From a virus (taxonomy: Duplodnaviria > Caudoviricetes), in IMG/VR virus record IMGVR_UViG_3300049173_000004, positions 1 through 25,565 of that record: DNA of 25,565 nucleotides. The stretch is one strand, 5' to 3'. A program made the position numbers and the translations under genes. The notes under the pieces are model-generated. The model did not search any database and was not told the DNA's origin. It worked only from the letters and a program-made list of their open reading frames with translations. Below are positions 1 to 10,400 of the stretch, in pieces. How positions within the stretch are numbered: position 1 is the stretch's first letter; each line of letters opens with the position of its first letter.

Positions 1-2
1 AG

Positions 3-386
3 ACATTTGAGCCAAAGCAATACGTCCGAACTGGTAACTCTGAAAGAGCAATAAGACTTGGAAGAGTTAAGAAGATTAGTGAAGACGAGTTTGGTATTGA
101 GCTTACATTTGATGATGACCTTGCTTATCATCCTTCCGTTATAAAGAGCAAATCTAAGACAAATAAGGAAGGTCATTCTTTTATGTTAATCAGTGAGGGT
201 TGGAATGCTACCAAGCTAGAAGAGAAAATCGGAAGAAGCGTTTACAGGCTCACATATTTTGAGGGGATTAACTACATCGGGAGAGTCAGAGAAGCATTTA
301 ACTCAAAAGCTCCAGATGGTATTTTACTAGTCGTCAACTGGAGAGGAAAGCAATTCAAGAAAGGACGACGACCGTATACAAGGTAG
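3..386 (+). CDS. Phage hypothetical protein, 5'-truncated by the window edge
   Basis: The frame of the 183..386 ORF is open back to position 3 (TFEPKQYVRTGNSERAIRLGRVKKISEDEFGIELTFDDDLAYHPSV...GHSFMLISEGW...). The real start is therefore probably upstream of the window. Its TAG stop overlaps the RBS of the next gene. Confidence 0.75.
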   Translation, partial: TFEPKQYVRTGNSERAIRLGRVKKISEDEFGIELTFDDDLAYHPSVIKSKSKTNKEGHSFMLISEGWNATKLEEKIGRSVYRLTYFEGINYIGRVREAFNSKAPDGILLVVNWRGKQFKKGRRPYTR

Positions 387-396
387 GTGAAACAAA

Positions 397-1398
397 ATGG
401 CAAGAAAGAAGATTCCAGAGGTAACAGAAGAGTTCTGGGAAAACGTTGTTCATGAAGACAACAAAGAGCTTATTGAGGCTTTTCTAGAACAGGAAAACTT
501 ATCAGATGACACATTAAAACAATACAGGTCAGCATTGCGGATATTCGCAAAGTGGATATATGACAATCATTTCAGTAAGAAGAAAGGTGAGGAAAAACTC
601 ATCACAGAGCTTTTACCGCGTGATGCATTAAGTTATCAAAACTGGCTCGTTAAACAGGGTTTAGGAGCAAGTTCAATCCGCTTTAAGCGTTCGGCTGTAT
701 CTAGTTTATGTGGATACATAGAAGTTTATTGGAGTGACAAGTATCCAAACTTTAGAAATATTTACTCCAAGTCAATCAAAAATGTAGCGAAGACAAAGAC
801 AGAAAAAGACCCGCTCACAAAAGATGAATTGGAAACGATTGCACGAGAGCTTGAGGAAAGAGAAGAATGGCAAAAGTTAGCGTATCTCTGGTACACATAT
901 GCAACTGGATGTCGACGTGAAGAATCTCGTCAATTGCGTACAGAGGTTGCTACATACGAATTAGCTGTTGATAAAAAAGGTAATGTAAAAGATTTCTATT
1001 GGACGCACACGATACGTGCAAAAGGTGCTGGAAAAACTGGTAAACCTAGAAAATTCAAATTCAATCAAAAAGCGATGGATGCCATTAAGAAATGGCTGGA
1101 TTATCGCGCTACTCAAGTAGATGAAGACGATTGTGAGTTTGTCTTTGTTTCAAAGAATAAAGGTGAGTATAGACAACTATCTGCTAACACTTTCAATAGA
1201 TGGTGTGAGTACTTTAGTACGTTTATCGGTGGAAAGAAAGTTCACCCTCACTTATTCCGTACTTCACGCGCAACAATTGCAAAAGAAGACGGTGTAGATA
1301 TTAAGAAGATTCAAAGTCTTTTGGGTCATGAGAGTTCACAAACGACAGAGATTTATATTGTCTCTGACGACTCAGATGATTCAGATGGCTTATTCTAA
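397..1398 (+). CDS. Tyrosine recombinase/integrase family protein (SPbeta YomM-like position upstream of the tape measure gene)
   Basis: Core-binding segment (LSDDTLKQYRSALRIF) and all catalytic motifs are present: TGCRREE (R), AKG (K), HPHLFR (HxxR), LLGH (H), TTEIY (Y). RBS AGGTAGGTG lies before the ATG. Confidence 0.93.
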   Translation: MARKKIPEVTEEFWENVVHEDNKELIEAFLEQENLSDDTLKQYRSALRIFAKWIYDNHFSKKKGEEKLITELLPRDALSYQNWLVKQGLGASSIRFKRSAVSSLCGYIEVYWSDKYPNFRNIYSKSIKNVAKTKTEKDPLTKDELETIARELEEREEWQKLAYLWYTYATGCRREESRQLRTEVATYELAVDKKGNVKDFYWTHTIRAKGAGKTGKPRKFKFNQKAMDAIKKWLDYRATQVDEDDCEFVFVSKNKGEYRQLSANTFNRWCEYFSTFIGGKKVHPHLFRTSRATIAKEDGVDIKKIQSLLGHESSQTTEIYIVSDDSDDSDGLF

Positions 1399-1425
1399 GA
1401 AGGTTAGGTTGCAGTCCTAGCCTTC
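1399..1425. repeat. Imperfect 10-bp inverted repeat with 7-bp spacer directly after the recombinase stop codon
   Basis: GAAGGTTAGG-TTGCAGT-CCTAGCCTTC (9/10 arm match). There is no T-tract downstream on either strand. Confidence 0.7.
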
Positions 1426-1481
1426 AAAGAAGAGGTTAGGGTGTGCAACAGCACCCACAGTATAACAAGGGGTGAAACAAT

Positions 1482-4400
1482 TTGGCAAATAACAACGGCA
1501 GTAACGATTTGAATATGATATTAAAAGCGAAAGTCGTTAAGTTAAAAGTAGAACTTGATTACAAAAATAGTAAACTTCCAAAACAAGTACAGGATATTAC
1601 CAAGTTTCTTGAGAATAAACCTGTCAAACTTAAGGTTAAATTAGACGGTTCGATTGGTGAGTTAAACAAGCAACTAGGCACACTAAGTAAAACTCTTCAA
1701 AACAGCAAGTCTTTTAAACCTTTAAAAATTGGTGTAAGCATTGATGTAGCTGGTTCTGCCAAGACTATTAAAAAAGACTTACGTGATATTTATGATACTG
1801 TTGAAGACTTTAACCGTAAATATGGTGAACAGCTTCGACGCATGAAACAACAAACTGACAAGTTCAACCAGACTAAAGGCAATGTTCCAATGGATGCTGG
1901 TGTTCAGAACTTTAATAACATCAAGCGTTACACAGAACAATTAAAGCAAGCGGAACAACAACTTCGCTCTAAGTTTTCAGATGGTAAAGGATTATTCTCT
2001 ACCGCTGAAATGAAAGATGCACAAGGAAATCTTCGCGGATTCATTTCATCTTTAGAGAGAGCAAACGGTGTAGTTGAGAAAATCCGCTACGAGTGGAATA
2101 GCGAAAAGAATAAGTTCCAAGTCATGGATAGACAGACTGTAACAAACACTGAAAAGAATATCCAAAGAGCAATGCAAGCCTTAGAGAATCTGCAACGAGA
2201 AATTGACAAAACAGGTGATGAATCCAAGCAATTCCAAAGAGAATACAATGCTCTACTAAGAGAAGGTAAAAATGGAACACTAGGCATGGATGCAGTAAAA
2301 GACCTCCAAACACGACTTCGCAATGAGCAAGCCATCATTCAAGCTACTAAGAAAGAAAACGCATTATTACGGGAGCAAGAAAAACTAGTTGCGGAAATCG
2401 TAAGAGAACGTAACAAAGTTAAAGGAAATGCTCAAGTATCTGGCGACCTCACAGGTTTAAAAAATCAATTAAACTCAATGAAAATGAGCGACTTCAAAGA
2501 CCCAAATTCAGCTAATATGTTGGCTGAAATTAAACGTCAATTCAATGAAGTGAAACAAAGCTATAATGACCAGATTAAGAAAGAAAAAGAATTAATCAAT
2601 GTCCAAGAAAAACGTAAGGATATTATGTCTGAATTACGTCAAATTAGTAAGACAACAGATACAAGAGGCGGAGTTCTAGGCGGTCTAAACATTACAGAGG
2701 TTAAGAGATTAGCTTCTACAATCCGCACAATGGAAGACTACATAGCAGTTAAAAGACGTATGGATGAAATCAATCGTGCTCGTAAAGAGATTGCGATTAA
2801 TGATAAAGCTTCTGCACAGTTAGACAAGTTACGTAAAGCAATGCTTGACTGGGCTACAGCAACAGGGAAATCTGTTCCTGCTGTTGAAAAGCGCTTTGAC
2901 CAGCTTAAACGAAACATGGGTTCAAACTTAGCTCAATTAACAAATGAAACAAGAAAATACGTTAACCAGTTAAATAACTTCAAACTTGATATGAGTTTAG
3001 TACGTGAAGCCAATTCTCTAGTTAAAGATGTTAGCCATGTCAGAGTGGCAAAAATGGTTGAACGAAACGATGTTGAAGGTTTAAAAGAATACATCGGTCA
3101 ACTTAATAAAGCAAAAGTAAGCATGCTTAAACTAGAAGAAGGTGCAAATGGAGTTAAGAGAATCCGTGTTCAATTTGAGAGTACTGGTAAAACAGCAAAG
3201 CAATTAACTTATCAAATTGATGATGTAACGAAAAAACTACGTCACTTAAACTCTGGTGAAACATTTAACCGAAATGCCAACTTAGGTATTTTTGAACAGT
3301 TACGAGTGGCAATGGCTCGTGTGCCTGTCTGGATGACAGCTATGACAGCGTTTTATGGGACTATTGGATCAGTTCGCGCCATGTCTAATGAAATTTTAAA
3401 ACTAGATTCTGCTATGACAGAATTACGACGAGTAGCATCTGACAGCTTGAATATCGAGTCTGTTTTTGATGGCTCAGTGCAAATGTCAAAAGAACTTGGA
3501 AACAACGTTCATGACGTTCTAGGTGCTGTAAATGAATTGTCTCGTACATTTGGCGACTTCAACGAAAGACAATTACTTGCTATCACTCGAACAGCAGTAT
3601 TAATGTCAAACGTTTCCGATTTAAAAGTACAAGAGGCTAGTGATACATTAGTTGGTACAATGAATGCATTTAACATTAGTGCAGAAGAATCAATTCACAT
3701 TGTAGACGCATTGAACGAAGTAGATAATGACTATGCTATCAGTACCGCTCAATTGGCAACTGGACTTTCTAAATCCGCTTCAACAGCCAAAACATTCGGT
3801 GTATCGATGGAAGAGAGTGTCGGACACATTACCGCTATCGGTGCGGTTACGATGGAATCTGGTAATATCATTGGTAACTCTTTGAAAACTATCTATTCTC
3901 GTATCACGACATTAGACAAGTCACAAGCTGTACTTCAAGACGTAGGAGTTAGACTTTATGATATCGGTGAAAATGGTAAAGAAATTCGTCCAGTAAATGA
4001 TATCTTAGAAGACTTAGGTAAACGCTGGTTGAGACTAAGTGATGAGCAACGTCAAAACATTGGTGTACAAGTCGCTGGTCGTTACCAACTATCTAGATTT
4101 TTAGCTCTTATGAACAACTGGAATATGGCTCTACAAGCAACGAACACCGCTACATATTCTCAAGGTTCAGCAATGCGCGAGAACGCTCAGCGTATGAAAT
4201 CATTCGAAGCACGTATTAATACATTAAAGAATAGCTTCACAGACCTTTCTAGAGCAGTCGGAGACGCTGTATTAAGTGACGGTATGATGAGTGTTATTCG
4301 CGGTCTTACAGAACTTGCAGGAGTGGCAATCAAAGTTGTAGACACGTTCGGTGCATTACCTATCGCCCTAGGTGCAGTTTCGGCTGTATTACTAAAAATG

Positions 4401-7400
4401 GGTGTCTTTGAAAAAGTTAAAGATGGTATCGTATCTGGCTTAACAGCTATGCAAGGAGCTTACACATCAACCGCTACAAGAGCAAACGTTTTCGCAACGA
4501 CGATGGCTCGTTCATCAGCTATGGCTGGTGCAGGATTCGGAGCTATGAGAACACAGGCTGTCACAGCGTTATCAGCAATGGGAGTTGCTGTTAAAGGATT
4601 TGCTGTAACATTTAAAGCAATGTTAGCGTCAACGCTTATCGGTGGAGCATTTGTTGCACTAGGTATTGCGATTGAGAAAATCATGAAGCTTTACAATGAA
4701 AAGAAACAAAAAGAAGAAGAACTTGTCAAGATGAACAAAAAGATGGTGGATAGCTACCGTCAAAGTGAAGATGGTTTACAAGGTCTTGCTAAGAAATATG
4801 AAGACTTAAGCAACATCACAAATCGCACTACAGAGCAACAATCAGAGCTAGATGGAGTAACAAAGAGTTTAGCGGAACGCCTACCTACTACAGTCCAATT
4901 CATTGACGCAAATGGTAAAGCACACTTGAAATCAAGTGAGCAAATCAAGAAAGAAATCGAGGCTGTTAAAGAGTTATCTAGACAACAAGCTAAATTAGAG
5001 CAAGCCAAATTCGCTCAGAAGATGGAGAAACAAGCTCAGTCATTTGACAATATTACTGAAAAGATTAAGAAGTTGAATGATGAACAGAAGAAGCTTTATG
5101 AGAACGATGGAAAGTCTTCATTGTTTGCTGGTCTTAATGACGATGTTAGCGGTGGAAAAATCGATAACAAAAAAGCAATTGAACAAAATAAACTTGAAAT
5201 CTTAATGGCTGAATCAGAGAAAACAAAAGCTATACAAAGCACAATTAAGACAATTCAAGAACAAACATTGGCATATTTCGAAGCGAATAAACAACTTGGT
5301 ATGTTAGGGGAAGAACAACAAAAAGCAATCGAAAACTTCATCGGCTACAATGAGGCTATGTTACGTAATGCTAAAACACCAGAACAATTCAAGAAATCTT
5401 ATCAAGAGTTATTCGAGCTTGGTAAAGATGTTGGAGACGTTTATGTTGAAGCATACAAGAAAATGGCAGATGGAATTGATAGAAATAGACATCCAGAGCA
5501 ACTTAATGAAGTTAAGAAATCTCTTAATGATATTGCTAAACAAGTTCCTCAATCATTCTATACAGTCACTAACTCAATGGGTAAAGTTAAGAAATCATCT
5601 GGAGAAGTTCAAACAGGATTAAAAGAAATTATCAACGTAAGTAATCGTGTTGACGCTGGAGATAAAAACTTTAAAAGCTTACAGAAACGTTTAGAAAAAA
5701 CGGGATTGAGTGCGGAAGATGCTGGATACATGTTATTAAACATGGGTCAACAGTATGGTAATACAGCTATTGAATCAGAAGGATTTGCTCAAGGTCTAGG
5801 TGAAGCAAATGCAGAAATGGATAGCTTAAACGAGAAAGCTATGGAAGCTATTGATTTACTTGGTGATTTATTTGATGTCAACAAAGAGCAACTAGCTGGC
5901 ATAAAGTCTCACATTCAAGCAATGGAGCTTCAAGTTGACATTCAAGGTGAAGGCGCTAAAAAGAGTGAAAAGTATTTAGAACATCAAAAGCAAATTGTTG
6001 ATTTCTTAGGTATTAGTACGACAGAGTACCAAAAGAATAAAGATGAAATCTTTAAAACAATCGAAGCTTTAGAAACACTTGACTTAAGTACATATACAAC
6101 ATCAGATAGCTTTGAAGGGTTCGTTAACAAAAGTGAAGATTTAACAGATGCTCAAAAGAACTTGTTAATTGAGTGGAGTAAAACAAAAGGCGCGAAAGAC
6201 ATCTTAACAGGTGCACATAAAGATATTCAAAAATCTACAGAAGACACAAATAAAAAATTAACAGAAGCGCAACTTAAAAACGCTGAAACATTCCCTAACG
6301 CTAGAGTTGATAAAAAGGATAATGGCGCAGTCCAAAACATGAAAGATATCCAAGATGAAGGTAATAAAACTAATAAGTGGATGACAGGCTTCAAGAAAGT
6401 TATGGCTACAGCATTCAGAGGTTTATTCCCAACGATGTCATTCTCATTTAGTGGTCTAGCTAATAGAGGTAGAAATTCACTATATCAAGAACTTGGTTCA
6501 CTGGGTGGAGATATTGGTAAATGGTTCGCTGATATTGGTAAGAAAACTGGAGGCTGGCTAAAAGCTGGATTCGGTGGGATTGGAGACTACTTCGGTAGAT
6601 TTTTAACTCCTAAAGTGAAAGAAAGCTTATCTGGAATCGGTAAATCAATTAGTGACTTCTTCGGTGGAATGGGTAAGAAATCCAAAGATGGCGCTAAAAA
6701 CATGGGTCAAGGATTTGACGACTGGGTTAAGAAAGACGGTTCAGTTCAGAGAAAAATCATTGACGGAACAGTTAAGTGGACTGGAATTATTGTTGATTGG
6801 TTTAAGAAGTTGCCAAGCGACATTGCAAACAGTACAAAAAATATGGGTGCTGGTATTGGAGATTTCTTTAAAGATTTACCAGAAAAATCAGCACCATCAC
6901 TAGAGAGATTTTACTTTGCAACATTAGACTTTTTCAAAGGTTTACCATCTAAATTATCAGAAGGATTCCAAGCAGTCGTAAACTGGGTTAAAGGTATTCC
7001 AAGTTACCTAGCTCAAGGATGGGATTCAGTAGTTGAATGGTTTAAAGGTATTCCACAAAGAATAGTAGACGGATTCACAGTATGGAAAGAAAATCCACTT
7101 GTTGGATGGATTGACTCAAAACGTGAAGGTATTTCTACAGCATTTGAAGGATGGTGGGTAGAAATTTCAGCTTGGCTAGTGGCTCTTCCAGCACGTATTA
7201 AAGCCAAAATTGCTGAATGGGGCAATCTACTTGAAGGTTTTGTAGAGTCTCAGAACGAAGAGAATAAGCGTGTATACGGTGAATGGCTCAATAACATTTT
7301 AGGTTTCTTTGGAGGCTTACCAGAAAAAATCGGTACAGAGTTATCGAAAATGGGTGGAACACTTTCATCATTCTTCACAGGAAAAGTTCCAGAAATTGCA

Positions 7401-10400
7401 TTAGGAATTGCTACTTGGTGGAAGCCAATTAATGACTGGTTTGTTGGTCTGATTCCTAAAACATTTACAGCAGTTTCCACATGGTTCAGTTCATTCCTTA
7501 CACAACTAAAAGGAAACGCTTCAATGATTGGTGGAGTCATGTCAGAATGGTGGACACCAATTGGAAAATGGTTCTCTGACCTTATTCCAAAAAGTACTGA
7601 GAAACTAAAAACATGGTGGAGTAGTGTTTGGACTTCTGTTACATCGAATGCTAGTAACTGGGCTACAGCTCTTGGTACATGGGGTACAGCAATCGGTAAC
7701 TGGTTTGCTGGGTTGCCTAGTGCAACAAAAGGCAAATTCGACGCATGGCTTGGGAATATCGGCACATGGTTTTCTAACGGAAAAGAAACATGGAGTAAGC
7801 GCCTCTCTGAATGGAGTACGAGCGTATCCAGTTGGTTTACTAACCTTCCTAGCAAAACAAAAACAGGATTTGACACTTGGGTAAATAGTATCTCTACATG
7901 GTTCTCTAACGCGAAAGAAAGATGGTCTAAGAGATTATCAGAGTGGGGTACAACAATAAGCTCATGGTTTACAAATCTACCTTCAAAAACAAAAACAGGA
8001 TTCGATTCTTGGGTAAACAGCTTCGGCACATGGTTCAACAATACTAAGAAAAACTGGTCAGCAAATTTAGATAAATGGTGGGGTACTATCAAAGGATGGT
8101 TCACTGGTCTAGGTAAACGTAAAGAAATTGAAAAATCTGGTTCTGATATGATTGATGCAGTCGGTAAAGGTATTGTTAAAAAGAAACCAGCACAGCTTGA
8201 AAAGTTATCCGAAACAATTCTTGATACAGCAGAAAAAGTCGGAGCGATGGCGCTTGTATTATTACTTGCACTAGGTCGTGAGATGATTGAACGTTTAATA
8301 ACTGGTATCGGAAAAACTGTTGGTGCTTTATACAACACTTGGAACAAAATTAAAGCATGGGTAATTAAAACATTAGCAAACTTAGCTATTGATGCATTCA
8401 AGAAAGGTAAGGAAATTCTTGGAAAATTAGTTGATGGAGTCGCTTCTCTAATCTCTAGATGGGGTAAAAAGTGGGATGAAATCAAGGCTAGTGCAATCAA
8501 GAAAATGGAAGAAATGATTAAGAGTGTCGTTAAGATGGCTAAATCACTTCCAGAAAAAATCGGTGATGCGATTAGTGGAGCAAAAGAAGGCGCAACAAAA
8601 GGCATTAAGAGTCTTGCAAACTTTATCTCTGATTTAGTTGAAAAAGGCTTAAACAAAGTAATTGTTGGCGGTATTAATAAAGTCCTAGATAAAATGGGTG
8701 TAGACGAAGGAAAGCAACTAAAAGACTTCAAATTACCTCACTTTGCAAAAGGTACACCAAACGGTAAGAAACATAAAGGTGGTCATGCATTAGTCGGTGA
8801 GGAAGGACGAGAGTTAGCTTACATTCCAAACAAAGGTGTTACAATGCTTGGTCAACGTGGAGCGGAAATTCGAAACTTACCTAAAAATACATCTGTACTT
8901 CCTAACAAAGAAACTGAACAAATCCTTACGAAATATGGATTCCCAGCATATAAAAGTGGAGTTGGTGACTTCTTCGCAGATGTAGGAGACGCATTTACTG
9001 ACCCTAAGAAACTACTAACAAAAACATGGGAAAAAATGGGTCTAAACTTTAATCTACCAAAAGGACTATATGCAGATGTAACAATGGCTGGGGTAAGTAA
9101 AGTCAAAGACGCTGGTGTAGACTATGTAAAGAACGCATACGATGAGTTCATGTCGATGTTCGACTGGGGCGGTGGAGACTCTGTTCCTGTAGGTGCTGGT
9201 AGTGGTAAAGGTGGTATGCATCCTTTCGTTGAGAAATGGTACAACCAAGTTAAAGACCGCTTCGGTAAAACACGATTCATGGGTGGATATAACAACCGTA
9301 ACATGGTTGGTGGAAACTCTAAGTCAATGCATGCTTACGGGCGCGCGTTCGATATTGGCGGTTCTAAGGAAACTATGGGACAAATTGCTGAATGGTTACG
9401 TAAAAATGCAACAAATGTTCAGTATGTCATCTATAACCATAGAAGCTCTAAGAACGGTGGAGCATGGAAACCTTACGGTGGAGCAGGGAAAAATCCTCAT
9501 ACTGACCACGTACATGCTGACTTCTACCCACCAAAAGGTAGTGGAAACAATGCAAAAGGCGCTGGTCAAAGTGCACAAGCATGGAAACCTAAAATTATCC
9601 AAGCATCTAAACAGATGCATGAGGATATGACAGGTGGACAATTAAAAGGTATTATCGCCCAGATTCATAGAGAATCTAAAGGTAACGAAAAAATCACTCA
9701 ATCTAGTTCTCTACGTGATATCAACGTTTTAGCTGGAAATCCAGCTCGTGGACTTTTACAATATATTCCACAAACATTCAGAACGTACGCGATGCGCGGA
9801 CATACAAACATCTATAGTGGTTATGACCAATTACTAGCGTGGTTCAACAACACTAACTGGAGGAAAGATTTACCATACGGTCACTCTGGATGGGGTCCGA
9901 CTGGTCATCGTAAATATGCGAAAGGTGGACTTATTGACAAGCCTCACTTTGGTCTTGTAGGTGAAGCTGGACGCGAGTATATCATTCCTGTTCAAAACAA
10001 TAGAAAAGAAGGACTTGAACTATGGCAACAGGCTGGACGCGAGTTAGGAGTACGTCCTTACGCAAAAGGTGGAGCAGTAGGGAAACCTAAATTAACATAC
10101 ACAGCGAGAGAAGGTAACACGCTTAGTGGTATCGCTAAGATTTTCAAAACATCTGTTGAAACATTGAAGAAACTGAATAGCGGTTTAGCCAAGTTAAACA
10201 AAGACTCGAAACTCAAAGAAGGTCAAAAAGTAAACGTAACAGGTATTATTAAAGACGATGATTCATTCAACTCTAATAGCTTACTTGACCCTAACCGTAA
10301 GAAGAAAGGCTATGTACAGGCAGAGGATGGCTCATGGGTTACTTCTAGTACATACAAAGACCCTTCTTACAAGGCATCACAGAAAGCTGGAAAACCAGTT

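Noticed and set aside
183-386. 67-aa ORF as a complete gene
   Set aside because: The frame is open to the window start and no RBS precedes ATG 183. It is the tail of a longer gene.
7250-8731. 493-aa antisense ORF inside the TMP gene
   Set aside because: It is codon-aligned with the TMP on the opposite strand in a repetitive region. No recognisable motifs, and its composition mirrors the TMP codons, so it is most likely a shadow ORF.
9966-10044. Exact 13-bp direct repeat GCTGGACGCGAGT (9966 and 10032)
   Set aside because: Both copies encode AGRE in the same frame of the TMP. It is short enough to be a coding coincidence.
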